From the NCBI RefSeq assembly GCF_964194025.1, contig NC_134472.1, positions 36,766,001-36,830,000 on the forward strand: a DNA stretch of 64,000 nucleotides. The letters run 5' to 3'. The translations under genes and the position numbers were made by a program. Shown in pieces: positions 36,501 to 49,373 of the stretch. Position 1 is the stretch's first letter. Each line of letters starts with the position of its first letter. This stretch comes from Convolutriloba macropyga. Its lineage: Eukaryota. Below the pieces are notes generated by a model. The model saw nothing but the letters and a program-made list of their open reading frames with translations, was not told the DNA's origin and did no database searches.

Positions 36501-37565
36501 TTAACTATCTCTTTCCTCGAAAGGGAAAACTGTTCCGTTCTTAGTTCGTATTTCTAAAGTCCCACTAAAGACGACCTCATTGCCTGTTGCTCTAAGTTTT
36601 GACACTGATATCAGATTCCTTGTGTTGTTGGGAACAAGCAACGCATTATTTAATCTTATTTTTCGCGCTAAACCATTGGAATCCAAAACCCTAATTTCAA
36701 CTGTTCCTTTCCCACTAATTGAACTTTTACTGCTGTTTGCATTAGTGATGGTACCAGAATACTCCTTGTCTATATCTATGAATAAACTTTCATCTTTAAT
36801 CACATGACTGGTAGCACCTGAGTCTAAAACTAGCTCATTTGCAAGGTTGTTTTCCGACGTTTGAAAGAAGGAAAAGATCTCTTCTTCTTCTTCTTCTTCT
36901 TCTTCTAAATTCTGCTCCTCAACTAAATTTTGCGTGCCCCTCTGGTTGGTTCGCCTGCTTTGACTTACAAATTTTTTCTCATGTTTCTGTTGTTTTCTAC
37001 AAAATTTAGCTATATGTCCGTGCTCACCACACTTAAAACATTTCATTTGAGAAGCTTTGGTTTGTTCAAGAATCGTTTTCTTAAACCTACATTCTTTTGC
37101 GATATGTCCCATTTTCTCGCAGTTGAAACATTTCCGTTCCTTATTAAAGAATACGCTCTCTGTTTTGGTTTTTACATTTTCATTATCGAAGTTTATCAGG
37201 TCTCGTTTTATTTCCTCTAGAGTTTTCTCGTCTTTGCTGTATTTCACGAGTGTTGCGAAATTTTCATATTCCTTCGGGAGCCCTTTGAGAATTATTATTG
37301 AGACAAACATTTTTTTACTAATTCCTTCATTCACTAGTGTTAAGTTGTAATGCATATCATCTGCTCTGGTGAGATAATCTACTATACTCTCACTTGAAGT
37401 CTTCCTAAGGCTAGTTAATTGCGCTATCAATTTGTGTAGCTGGGGTCTCTCAAAACTTTTGAAGCGTTTACACAGTACATCCCAAGCTCTAGTACCATCA
37501 CCCTTATGTGGTCTAAGAAAAAGAACTGATGTTTTGTCTAAAGCCTGAACTAACTCGTACCACAA
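36501..37565 (-). CDS. Copia gag (two CX2CX4HX4C knuckles) + aspartic protease
   Basis: ILKGLPKEYE, CFNCEKMGHIAKEC, CFKCGEHGHIAKFC, LDSGATSH, NLISVSKL; gag N-terminus appears shortened. Confidence 0.9.
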   Translation of the reverse strand: MWYELVQALDKTSVLFLRPHKGDGTRAWDVLCKRFKSFERPQLHKLIAQLTSLRKTSSESIVDYLTRADDMHYNLTLVNEGISKKMFVSIIILKGLPKEYENFATLVKYSKDEKTLEEIKRDLINFDNENVKTKTESVFFNKERKCFNCEKMGHIAKECRFKKTILEQTKASQMKCFKCGEHGHIAKFCRKQQKHEKKFVSQSRRTNQRGTQNLVEEQNLEEEEEEEEEIFSFFQTSENNLANELVLDSGATSHVIKDESLFIDIDKEYSGTITNANSSKSSISGKGTVEIRVLDSNGLARKIRLNNALLVPNNTRNLISVSKLRATGNEVVFSGTLEIRTKNGTVFPFEERDS

Positions 37566-38274
37566 TGTCTTCTTTTTCTCTTCTAATTCTTCCCTCCCCT
37601 TTTGTAATATTCGTTTGTAAAAAGGGTCGGGCTGTGAAAAAAATCTTGTTCGGACTTAGATCAAAACTGCTTTCCTTTCTACGCGTGTTTGAATCTGTTG
37701 CCTGTTGGTGGCTGTGTTATAGGGCGACGAAGCGGTGAGTCGTTATGTTTGTGTATCCAAAAAATGCTTTTTAGCACCAGGTTAGCTTTTGTTGTAATAT
37801 GGTAGCACTTGGTAGAAAAAAAAACACTAAGCAAAAAGAGTTTGGTCGACTAAATTAATCTAGAAGTTGGTGTTCTGTTCGAGTTCTGTAGTATCCTTGA
37901 CAAAATCGAAAGCAGGACATTGACATTGAGCCAGGGTTTTTTCTGCCGCGATTAAGCACGATGAGGATACGAACACCCTCCGAGGATAATGTACTCGAAC
38001 CCTAATCCTAATCCTATTTAAGAAATGTTTTACGACCAACTTTTGTGTCTTTCGACCAAACTTGTATCTTACAGAAGCACAGCACACACAATTGAAAATG
38101 AAACAGTTGTTTAAGCTGAGCTGTTCTTAGCTATACTATGCAATCCTGGTTCCCCCGACAGCTCTGTTATACAATTGAACCTCCGCGCTCCTTTTTGATC
38201 CCCCACAACAGCTCCACTCACTCTTGACTTCACAAGCAGAATCCACTGCTTAGCTACACACACTTAGCACTCCA

Positions 38275-38480
38275 CGATTGAAGTCCCCCGACCAGGTACA
38301 CAAGCTCTCGACTCAACAGATGAAGTCCCCCAACCAGCTTCACAAACTGCTCACTTCACAAGTGAAGTCCCCCAACCACTTACAAAAGCTTCCAACTCCA
38401 CAATTGAAGTCCCCCAACCAGTCACACAAGCTTTCAACTCCACAACTGAAGTCCCCCAACCAGTTACACAAGCTTCTTAC
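38275..38480. repeat. 42-bp tandem repeat (5 copies) in the copia 5' leader
   Basis: AAGTCCCC recurs at 38281, 38323, 38365, 38407 and 38449. Confidence 0.9.
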
Positions 38481-38697
38481 TCTTGCTTCTTCTGGTCTCA
38501 CTTGGCCACTTCTTGACTACAAGGCTTGTCTCTCCTTGTCGTCTCTGTTTTCCTCCCCCAGTGATTTCAGCGATCCTCTTATGTAGCAAAGAGGCGCAGC
38601 AACAACGTTTTTCTATTTACGATGGGGGTTGATTACTTAACTTAGAAAAGTCTGGATAGTCTAAGATAGTTCTACTTATCTTAGAAACTAGAAAGGT

Positions 38698-38711
38698 CTG
38701 GGCCCATAACC
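38698..38711 (-). promoter_or_regulatory. Copia PBS complementary to the anticodon arm of initiator tRNA-Met (half-tRNA priming)
   Basis: Minus strand GGTTATGGGCCCAG directly after the LTR; + strand CTGGGCCCATAACC matches the tRNAiMet anticodon stem-loop. Confidence 0.9.
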
Positions 38712-39118
38712 TGTCGGTTAATGGGAACGCAGAGACAAATCTTGTAATCAAATAGTTAAATTAGAAATAATGGTTGACAACTGTGGCGATCAACACGAAA
38801 TTCAGTCCATATTTATTACCCCAAATTACCACACTTTTACATTCATGGTGATCACTTTTAGTTTATAACTTCCTTGACTTCTTATGACATCCGATCTTAA
38901 CTAGCTATTTACTCTGATAATTTACTTCTCTAAAAGATCAAGGGTCATCATATCACACATAACAATATGAAAAGTTGGGGACAAATCTAGTATAAATAGC
39001 ACGTGTTAGCTCCTTGTTGCATTCACTCGTTTCATAAATAACCAAGATGTAAATCAGCACGTGGATGAGGTACGTATATCTTTCCATACTTTAAACAATT
39101 AACATTATACTTTCAACA
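38712..39118 (-). repeat. 5' LTR of the copia element
   Basis: TG..CA ends, adjacent to the PBS, matches 33495-33901. Confidence 0.95.
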
Positions 39119-39123
39119 TTTAA

Positions 39124-41400
39124 AACCCAGCCTTTTCCCTAGTGGAGTTTTGTTTTCCTAACAAGTTGTCATAATATCAATTTTTTTGAGGAATGCATTT
39201 TCGAAGTTTCGCCTAATTGTTCATTTCTCTTCACGATTGAGTTGTTTTCAATTGGGTTCTGGCTTGTTAGTTTATCTACCAGAACAGAGGATTTGAGAAA
39301 AGACCAACATATGCAGCCTGAACTTGATCAGCTGATCTTATTCCAAGACCGGCTTTGTTTATTGGAGGCATGGTTGATCAGATGAAGCGCCTGATTATAA
39401 AACTCCCCAAATGCCTTCAAAAAATGCGCGCTGAACTGAATTGAATGTTTTCAGGATTTTTTATATGTCTGAGGGAGAATTGCATCGTAAAGAGTAGACC
39501 ATTTTGAGGGCACCAAGGCGATGGATACCCATAGCTTTTTGTGGATAGTTCACATAGGCTAAGTTGTCCAGAAATTCCTCTATTTTTAACGCGTTTTAGT
39601 AAGCACCTAATTCCATTTAAGCCCGTTCCTCCTGATCAAACTATCATGCTCGCACTTATCCCGCATGATAGAACCCGCATGTTAGAAACCGCATACTTGT
39701 CCTGATACTGATAGAATTTCCAACGCTTTACCCAGATCCTCTTCAGGTCCTGCAAGAATTGCGTCATCAAGGTACCAGCAGCGTTGCCATAGGTTTGGTA
39801 GTTTCAGTAATAAGTGGCGTGATTGCAAGAGAAAACAAGTGGACCAATGGATGATGACCTGGTTGCACTCCAGACTGACTGTCAACTTTTAAGGTATTGA
39901 AGAACAAATCGGTATGCTGGCAGTAACAAAAGGAGGCAAATGAGAAAATGAAAATTTTTTGATGAGCTGAGGATATTTTACGCTTCACTGACTTTTTTCT
40001 GAATTGAATTTGGAGTATGCCCCCACTTGTTTTTTTAGTTTTTTTTTCAAAATTTTGCGCACTATGCTTGGGAATCCTCCCTTAATACCAACTCCCAGCT
40101 GCTGTGCTCCAAACAATTCTATGGCCTTGGAAGCTGCTTCTTTTGCGATGCACTTGGCAACAAGACGCCGAATACCTTCGCCCACAGCAGATTTTTAGGT
40201 CTTTAATGGTGTTACTGAGGCACTACAAAAAGTTCGAACCACAAAGCTTGGAGGCTGGCCAGGTTCACTAATTTGGTTAAAGAAGTCGTTGTTCGCTTGG
40301 ATTGACCAGAAATTGATTGCGCGAAGATGCTCTTTGGTTTTTGACGGCCCAGCGGCTGTAAATTGGAAAACGACTGAAGTTGTAAAAGCAGTTTTGCGTA
40401 ATAAAATTGATAAGCTTCGGAGATATAGTCTACTATAGGATCAAAGATTTCTTTGGATACAGTTTATCGAGTTCAATGATGGTTTTCTGTTTTCGGGTGC
40501 TGTTCCCTCCGAAGACAAAATTCTTGCCACACTGCCGAATTTTTCTTGGAGACAGTGTTATAGCTCGGGATGCAAGTGCCTCCATTGCGTTGTTGCTTCT
40601 ACATTTCGCTTGCTTTATCAAGCCGCTTCGTACCAAATTGCAGCATAGTCAACCGCTCTCCGTTGCTAAAATCTATTTATCATAGAATTTTCGTGTTGCT
40701 GCTAATTCTTTTTACCACCTCTATTTGAGGCAAGCAAAAGTAATTTGCTTATTGCAGAAAATTTCTTCCCGTCTTCAACACAGTCAGGGTTTGAGATTAA
40801 TCCTCTATGGTTCGCTTAACTTCAGACCATCGCTAACGAAATTCCACGGGTCTTGTGCGCAGGGTTGGAATATTTCTACTGCAAATAGTTTGTAAATGTA
40901 AATCGTTTGGATTGTTTCTTGAGCCTCCTAGTGAATCAGTTCCCAATGTTGCAGATTGAAAGAGCTCGTTTATTCGGGCAGATAGATCCTTTGGTATTTT
41001 TTTCACTGTAGACAAATTAGAGTGAAATGCGAATATGCCCCAATTGACTTGGAGCACACCCGTTCACCGTAGTTTGAACCCCATTGAAAGTATCTCACTT
41101 TAGACTTGACTGAGTCATGCTATAAGGTTTAGACTTTTTAAGATTCTTTTTATCTGGATAAAAAGTACGGTACTAGCTGGAGTCAGGAAACGAGATATGT
41201 AATCACTAATTGTCATTTCACTCGTTTGCTGTTTTAAACCAGTTGAGTCGGACAAGGTGCTCCTTCTTGAGCTGTTAGTGGTTTGTTCCTGTGAGATACT
41301 ATTTTCGGGGATAAAGAAACTGGCATCTTCTCATTGGTATTCAGAGAACATGAATAGGGGGCTGAATTGTCTATTTAATCGTGGTGTGACTAGACTGAAA
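39124..41400 (-). mobile_element. 5' and RT part of the same CRE-like non-LTR element, split by the copia insertion (upper boundary approximate)
   Basis: AVGEGIRRLVAK..QLGVG (39985-40185), SQSGVQPG..LFSLAI and WYLDDAIL (39682-39988). Confidence 0.8.
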
Positions 41401-44400
41401 CCGTTTATCCGAATGTGTTATAGCTCTTAGGTTGTGTTTCATTGTCAATGGGAGAAAGATGCCTCAAGCAAACCGCTGCGTGAATTGCTTTCTACAAAGA
41501 TCCGGGACGATGGGGCTGTTAGTTGATTGAAAAGTTTGGATACAAACTGTTTTGACAATCTTCTACGGCGTCAACTCTTTGTTCTTCTGCCTTTACACTT
41601 CTAACCCAGAATGTAACTTCGATGAAAATAAAGGAAGTGGTTTTATAACGGGTCCCAAAGATGCAAAATGATTTAAAAGTTAGTTTTCAATGATGGTCGA
41701 TTCAGAAAGATGCCAGCACAATGCGGAGGTGTCCTGATCCATAAAATCTTTTTTTGACAATGATCGTATCAACTCTTAGCTGCCAAATTTCAGTCTTGAC
41801 GAAATTCGTTATCAGTCTGGTCGAAATCCTTTAAAGCCTATGACATGGCGCTAGTAAACTCAAATCATCCGATCATATGAAATCTGTAGATTTTCTTTAC
41901 CATGCCTTCGCACAGTCAGGTAAACTAGATTATTTCTAGTCACCAATCACAAGAATGGCAAAGATGGTAAACAAAATGATCTGATCACTATCACCAGAAT
42001 GGCAAAGATTTAAAGAAAAATGATCTTCGTGTTTTTAAAACAAATTGATGTCTTAGTTTTTGGTATTTTCTTCAATTTTTTTTAAACTGGATATAGAATA
42101 TCATATTTATACGTTGTGAATATAATGCTATATTAAACAGCATGTTTTATCTGACTTTGAATTTGAATAATGATATAGTTTGCAATTCTGAATGAAACAG
42201 TGTATTCTGAGGTGACTACCCAGTTGTTTGACTGACTATTTATTCAAAGTACACTTGAAAACATCAATCTTCATTGCTGTTTCCAACCCACTTGCGCTTA
42301 ATGGTCTATTTTTTTCAATCAATTTTTACCATTCGATATATTTACCGCAGGAAGCTGTAAGTACTATCATGAGTGCAAAGTAATTTAATCGGACGGTTTT
42401 TTAGTTTCGCGTTTTCAGGGACTTCAAAGAAGTTGTGGACAAAAGCAGATTTAAACATTTTCGGTCATAATATTGAAGTCCAAATTTAGTCACTTCATCA
42501 ACTTGTCAGAGTTGTTCAATCTCAAAAGTTGATTTTTTCGCTAAGCTTTGATAAGTTTTGCAACAAAAACGTTGACATTATCTGACATTTCCTCATTTTC
42601 CGGCAGGATTGCCAAAAGTCCTCTTTATTATGACCAAACTTATACTTCATTTGAGCCTGAATTGGCAAAAGTCTTTTGCCAATATTGGCCCAAAAGACAG
42701 TTTTTAGAGATTTGCTATAAATTTAAATTTTCTGAACAAATTCTTGTTTCGAATTTCTGTCAAATTGTTTTTTGAGGAAAGTATGATCTTAGTTTAGCCA
42801 CGTGGAAGACACACGCATTTTTTTATTTACCTATTGTTTTAATGCTTCCAAAGAATGATTGAGAATTCCCCTCAAGGGTTCTAGTTATAAATTGCCTTAA
42901 AGTGCGATCAGAGCTTTCGTTCCTTGAAGTTTAATCAAGACAAATATATTTTAAGTTTTTCGCAAAAATTCATGCGAATTTTTTGATTTTTTAATAGATA
43001 TAGTTGATTAGTTTTTTTGCGAATAATATTAAAAGCTTTGCAAAGGCGCGTTAGTTTTTCTACTTTTATGATAAAAAATTAAGTGCTACTGCTGGCAGTC
43101 TCCCTTGTTTACTGCGAGGATATCAAAAGGTTGGTTTGGGTCGGAAAAGAATGCGAGAATTCACGTTACCGAGCTATTACGATTTTATTTTTAAATCGGG
43201 CAACTAATCTCAGCAATCACAGACAATAAAACCTTGTTTTAGAAACATGCTTTACTTGAATGGTAATTGTGGACAACGTAGTAGGTATGACTTAATTTTG
43301 TTAATCGATAGCTGCGATAGTTGAGCGGAGGTATTATTGATCCTTTGTTTTTAGAATTCAAAGAATTTGAATTGTATTGGCGCGCGCTCTTTTTATGATC
43401 GATCTGTTCACACTTTCTTTCGACTTTTTGTTATCAATGAGAAGTCAAATTTGAGTAGTGATTTTAGTCACACTGGAGTTTCAAAGGAAGAGAAGCAGCA
43501 AGAAGTTAAGTGTGTAAAATTTTTTCAAACTGTTTTTCATGTTGATTCAAACTATTCAAATATTGTTTTGAATAGATTTTCCGTTTTTGAAAGTGATTTT
43601 TTTTTCACGAGCAGGATCTGGATTTTATTTTTGCTATTTGGTCTCCTGATTTTTCTTAGCAAATGGTCTCAAAAGGTCATGCATGGTCTAATAATGGACA
43701 CGTGGGTTATTTGAATCTATTTATGATCAGTTAGTTGTTCTCGTGACTTAGACACCGCTTGTTTTAATAAAATATCCGTGATCTTTGTTCTGCACGTTTT
43801 TGTAGTTCATCTTTGTTTTTTCCCTTATTTGTGGTTACTTTTGTTGTCCGGTTACTTAGTATTTTCAATGATAAGTCCCATTGGCGCTCTAGTTAGGCGT
43901 AATCATTTCTTGTTAAAGTTTTCTATTCTTAACAGTTTAAACGACTTTGACGTTAAATTGAAGAAGCTAGTGGTGATTTGTTTTGGTTTTACTGGCTTGT
44001 TATTCTTGGTGTTGTCTTGCTCATTAACTTCAAGTACCTTTGGTGTTCTGAATAACACAAAATGCACTATGTTTATGATTTTAGTTGGCTGTGTAATAAG
44101 TATACCTCCTTTAAGACCTTTTTCCAGAAAATAGCTCTTCTTTTTTGATTTTTGACCGTGCTTGTTAATCTATTTGCCTTCTAGTTTTCTGGCCTCCTTA
44201 TTGGCAGATCTCATTGTTTTTCTACATGAGACAAAATTGAATCTGTATTATGGTTTCAATTTGCTTTTCTCGGGTTCTATCTATAAAAGTGTCTATGATC
44301 TTTGCAATAAGCAGTCGTTTTATTGTGTAAATGCAGGGAGCTTTACTTACGTATTTTAATTAATTTTATGTCGCCTTTTTCTAATGATTTTTGTTGCATT

Positions 44401-47400
44401 TGTACTGTCTCCAATTATCGTGAATGTCTTTTTGTTTTGTGTCTCACTCCTACAAATGTTACGTCCAAGTTTTTGTAGTACAACTGTTTGCTAAATATCA
44501 GTTGCTTAATAGTTTCATTGACTTACTAGACAATTTAGGAAACTAGAAAGTGCTTCTCAAAAAATGTTACGTGAGTTTATTGGTTTTGTTTAATATAGTG
44601 TTTGCACTGGTCTCTGGTATGTTGATTATTAAAGATGTTCTAAGGAGGCTGAAGTTTGACCGTGTGTATTGATCTTTTTAGTTTTCCTCACTTGGAACCC
44701 TTAGTGGTAGCTTTAACCGTGTTTGCTCTTCAATTTTATGTTCTGCCACTTTTTGATATTGGTTAAAAGTCTATTCGACTTTTTAGTGAAATATGAATAT
44801 TTTTTGATTTTTCATTTTGTTTTAATGCTTTCTAGCAGTGACAATGTTTGCTTTATTACAATATAAATACAATTTTTTTCGTCCTTGTATGTTTTTTAAC
44901 TTAATCACATATCTCTTCTATTGATGACAGATCATCGTTTGAGGCCTCATGATAATGCATAATAGACTGTGTTCAATTGTTTCAGGACGAGCAGTTTTAA
45001 TGAAATTGACGTCACCTGTTTTAACAAATATTAGAGTTGGTTAGCTCTATGTGCGTTATAATGGCATTATGGTTACGGGTTTGAATATTTTCGGTCCGTG
45101 TCTTACCTCTCTCACGCCAGTTTTGAATGTGTCGTATTCGATTTTCTTTTTTTACTACTACTACTACTACTACCTTGTTTTGAAGTTTCTTTTAATGCTG
45201 ATTTCTGTGTCTTCTAAACGAGGATTTAGCCGTTGTTATCGGATTTAACATACCTACTGATTTTCTAAAACAAGAGGAATGAGATGTTTCTATTTGTGCT
45301 TTGATAACCATCGAAAGGTTGTGCTTTGATAACCATCGAGAATGGTCAATATTGATGGTCAATATTGGTTTTATTCGATTCTTTGGATTGTGATTGCTGT
45401 TTTTTTAACAATTCAAAGGGGTTGAGTTGTATTGGGGCGCTGTCTGTTTTAGGATATGTTTACACTTTTTCGTGATTTTTGAAGTCAAAATTGGAGTGGG
45501 GATTTTGATCACCCAAAAACGGGAAATTGAGCAAAAAAAGGATTGGTTTTGGTGGAGTAAATTTTTTCACTCCAATTCTAATGGAGTGAGAAAACGGTAT
45601 TTGAACAAATTTTCTGTTTTTAGAGCTTATTTTTGTTCACATGCGGCAATTTGACTTCTTTTTTACTGGTTTTCTGCAGAAGAGTTTTTAGCAAATTGTT
45701 TTCAAAGTCGTTTTCAAACCAGTGCAAGGTCTAGTTATTTCGTTTTGTCAATGAAAATTCTTTGAATTGTTTCCGGACTGGTACCTATGTTGTTATTTAG
45801 TCAATAGTTCTGTTACGACCATGGGAGTTCGCGCGCAGTTCAAATCTGCTCTTCTTTTGTTAGTTTTTCTCGATTGAATTTCGTGGTCTCATTGTAGCTT
45901 GTTTTTGGTTTCTTTTCACATATGACTTTCACTCAAGATTGATTTTTGCCGACTATAATTGAAAGAAATAAGGTCAAAAGGAATAATATCACTCATATTG
46001 AAGGTTGTTTCGGGTCAGCTAATAAAACAAAAGGTAATATAAACAATTCTGCCGGCTATACTTTTTCGTTTAATAAGAGCTTTGCCTCTTTAATTTGTAT
46101 CTATAAAAAATTGTGAAACGGGGTTACTAAACTTGCTGTCCACTTCTTTCAAATTTTACCTGAACATTTTTTTCTGAACATTGGGTGGCTGAAAAATCTT
46201 GTGTGCATACTCGATTTTTCCGGGCTTTTTCACGAACCATCTTCAGAACTGTAAGTGTATGGAAACGTGTTACACTAGGTAAATTTAATTCAAATTGGCC
46301 TACAATTGCCCCTTTCCCACGGATACAGTATCCAATTGCCGAAATGAAAGAAAGCCTAATTGGTGTCTATTTTCAGAATCTACAATTAGTGGTTTTGAAT
46401 TTAGCCAATAGAATTGCACACAAGAACAATTAAGTCTTTTGGTCTCAAGAATTTGGTCTCAAGAAATTACTAATGAAATTCGGCTAATGAAAATTTTTTT
46501 TTAGCTAATTAAATGTTAGCCTTTTAAAATTCGCCTTTTCGAACATCGGCCACATCGGAATATGAGTTGAGTTAAGCAATTGAAATTGCCTGTTTTTCTC
46601 AAGCTTATTTTAAGTCCGTTTGTTGATGTTGGTGTTGTTTTCTGCAGAGTAAGTATATTGGAATATTGTGAAACGCAAAGACTAGGGGAGCAATCATGCA
46701 ACCCTGATTTAATCCGAATGCGAAATCAATAGTATCTGTGTAGTATTAATTCTTTGGTAATTTCGATTAGTACAACATAATTTGTCTCTAATGTAAAGGA
46801 AAGTATGGTTAAGCTAAAAGGACTATTTTTTGCTTTATTTGCGTTTCTGATATACTTTTTGAAACTTTGTTTTTTGTGGTGATATTGTGCTAATCAGGAA
46901 ATATATTGTTCGGAAAATTGGAAAAATAAAGACCTTTAAAGGGAAATTTTTGATATCCTTGGAAGAGATTTCTCGAAAATAGTTTGAGAATTTCTAATTT
47001 AGGCAAATTCTGATTCAATTTAATTTGATTGAAATAAATTTAATCTGTATATCAGATTTTTGCTCAATTTTGTAAACGTACTACTCAAGAAAATGGTCAC
47101 CGAGGCACGTTCTGTTGACGACCGTTTCAAATAAAGAAACATTAGGTACCAGCATTTTTTTTGATCCTCAAATTTACGCGATCACCGTGTAACTATTGAA
47201 TACCCCACTGACTGTTGAAAAACAAAATTTATGTCTAGATAAGTTCGATAGTCCTGGGCGAGAATAATTTTGGGCTCAGGCGCTGCTTCCCTTTAGCTCT
47301 GATTGTCTTCAGTATCTGAGAGCCATACACGTACATAACGGCCTCAATGTTGCAATTTGATGATTTACAAATGGAGGAAATTTGATGCATTTTCATTACT

Positions 47401-48518
47401 CATTTATTGGGGAGCCTCATTTTTTAGTCCAATTTTAAGTACTTTGCTTTCTGGATTAGGCTTCTTTTTCAAAATTTTAGCTCTGTTTTTGAAGTTTTTT
47501 GTGGGCAATTGACATTTTTGCGTAATATTGTATATATGTCAGTGTTCGCGCTGTTTCATCCGTTTGAGCTCAAAAAGGAAATGCGACCAAAATTTATTGA
47601 AAATTTACAAAAGTTAAATGACAAGAACAAAATGTACTTATCGTTCTTCGTAATAATTTGTCGCTAATTGAGTTTACTGTAATCTTTAACTGGAGAAATC
47701 TCGGCTCGTTTGGACGAGAGAGGCCGGTTAAACCGATCAAGAAGCTCTAGAGTTTTCAGCAACCCTTTTGCGCCTGTTGGTATGATTGGAAGGTGGATAA
47801 ATTAATTTGCTTTTATGTGAAGAAAGATCGAATTATTTCAACATAGTTATCAAACATCAAATTATTTATCAATCGTTTTGGGCGGCTCTTTGGGTAATTG
47901 AAATATCAACGCTGCCTAAAAATGTTAGGATCAAATAGTCTAACTGCTTGTCGATGAGATGAAACAGCATTAATGTCCTCGTGTTATTATGAAGACACTT
48001 TGCATCTCAGACGAAATGTGTGCTGGGCCGGGAGAGGTAAAGGGGGCTTTTAAAGGGAGGAAAACACTTAAGGCCTCTTAACAATCAGCTTTTGTTATCT
48101 CATTTCTCTGTTTGTGTGATGAGAGAATTTATTTGCTTTATCTTATTTGATGCATTCAGATTGAGTGATGGTGTTCCATTGTTGAATTGTACTCTTCCTG
48201 TTACATTGTCGATCTGTTCGCCTCTCTTTCTGTTTTCCTTGGGAGGGAAAGAAAGAAAGAAGTTCAAAACTCGAGGGGGCTTAACTGCCGTAACGAGATT
48301 TTGATCTAAGCCCCTCAGCGATCGATTATTGGCTAATTAGACATGTATATTGGATCACCAGACGCCATTCACTGAAATCAAATTCTCACATGCGCGCACA
48401 CACGCATTCCTTTCACGGAACAAGTATACAAACAAATGGTCCATTTCCTGTCCCTACTCGGTTGTAAACAAATTGTTTATTTTTAATTACGTGGCTGTGA
48501 CGTATCCCATTTGAAGTG

Positions 48519-48683
48519 ATGTCATGCGAGGAGCTGCAAGAGGAAGAGCGAGAGATACTTCAATCAATTTTCGAAGGTGATGAGAACTTTAAAGCAGTTG
48601 ATTCTAATTCATTTCAGTACACAGTTTACAGTGCGACATCCAGTGACAAAACTGTGGCTGTTAGAATACACTGGCCTTCTCAG
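48519..48683 (+). CDS. RWDD4: RWD domain-containing protein 4, exon 1 (copy 1)
   Basis: MSCEELQEEEREILQSIFEGDENF..SFQY matches the RWDD4 N-terminus; ends at a CAG|GC donor. Confidence 0.88.
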
Positions 48684-49040
48684 GCACGCATTTTGTTCCC
48701 ATTACTCATTTTTGATTTGAACTACTTTTGGAAGCAAGATTTATTGCAAAAGATTTAGGTTTTTTACTAATTGAAAAAAGTTGTCTGCTATGTTCAACAG
48801 AAGTGATTTTTGCATTGAGAAGTGGCTCTGAGATTTTTAAAAAATGTTCCGAAAAATTATTTTGAATGTTTTTCAAAGTAATTTTGAAAGTCGCAGGTAT
48901 TCCGACTTAAAGCGCCACAAATTATGCTAGTTAGATTCAAATTTATTTGGATAGAAATTTGTAGATTAAGTACTATTTTTATCGGGTTGAGATTCTCATT
49001 ACATACGAGGAGTAATGGGCGCTTGACGTGATCTTTACAG

Positions 49041-49373
49041 TATCCTGAGATCATTCCCAACTTCAGTCTAGAACTTTCTCACAACAACCAAATTCCACCT
49101 CACGTGAAAGCGAACCTGTTAAACGAGCTCAGAACATACGCAGAAGAGAACGTAGGTGTTGCTATGACATATCTTGTTGTTGATTGGTTGAAAGATAACG
49201 TGGACTCACTTATACCTAGTGGACTGAAAAAGGAAGAGGTCAAAACTGAACAATTGACCAAAAGACAGAAGAATAAGATCACCAACTATGCTAATAGTAA
49301 CACGAGAGGAAGAGATTGGGTAGATATTATTCGACATTTATCACAAACTGGAAACCCGACAACTGCAGAATAA
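49041..49373 (+). CDS. RWDD4: RWDD4 exon 2 (copy 1); total 165 aa
   Basis: ctttacag acceptor; YPEIIP RWD motif; GVAMTY; EQLTKRQK; RGRDWVDIIRHLSQTG C-terminal signature. Confidence 0.92.
   Translation, partial: YPEIIPNFSLELSHNNQIPPHVKANLLNELRTYAEENVGVAMTYLVVDWLKDNVDSLIPSGLKKEEVKTEQLTKRQKNKITNYANSNTRGRDWVDIIRHLSQTGNPTTAE

Larger units (their letters stand above)
33495..39118 (-). mobile_element. Full-length Ty1/copia LTR retrotransposon, coding-defective
   Basis: Paired 407-bp TG..CA LTRs; 5-bp TSD TTTAA (33490-33494 and 39119-39123); PBS; PPT; domain order gag-PR-IN-RT-RNaseH. Confidence 0.97.

Noticed and set aside
34133-37350. Several plus-strand ORFs over the copia element
   Set aside because: Antisense shadows of gag-pol
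38278-38586. 102-aa ORF with KSPNQLHKL repeats
   Set aside because: Antisense by-product of the 42-bp repeat in the copia leader; TTG start
43367-44359. Hydrophobic ORFs resembling membrane proteins
   Set aside because: They arise from T-rich repeat sequence (Phe/Leu/Val bias), with non-ATG starts and no motifs
48092-48304. 70-aa ORF conserved in both duplicate copies (also 62157-62369)
   Set aside because: Non-ATG start and no recognisable motif; conservation is explained by the duplication and proximity to the RWDD4 promoter
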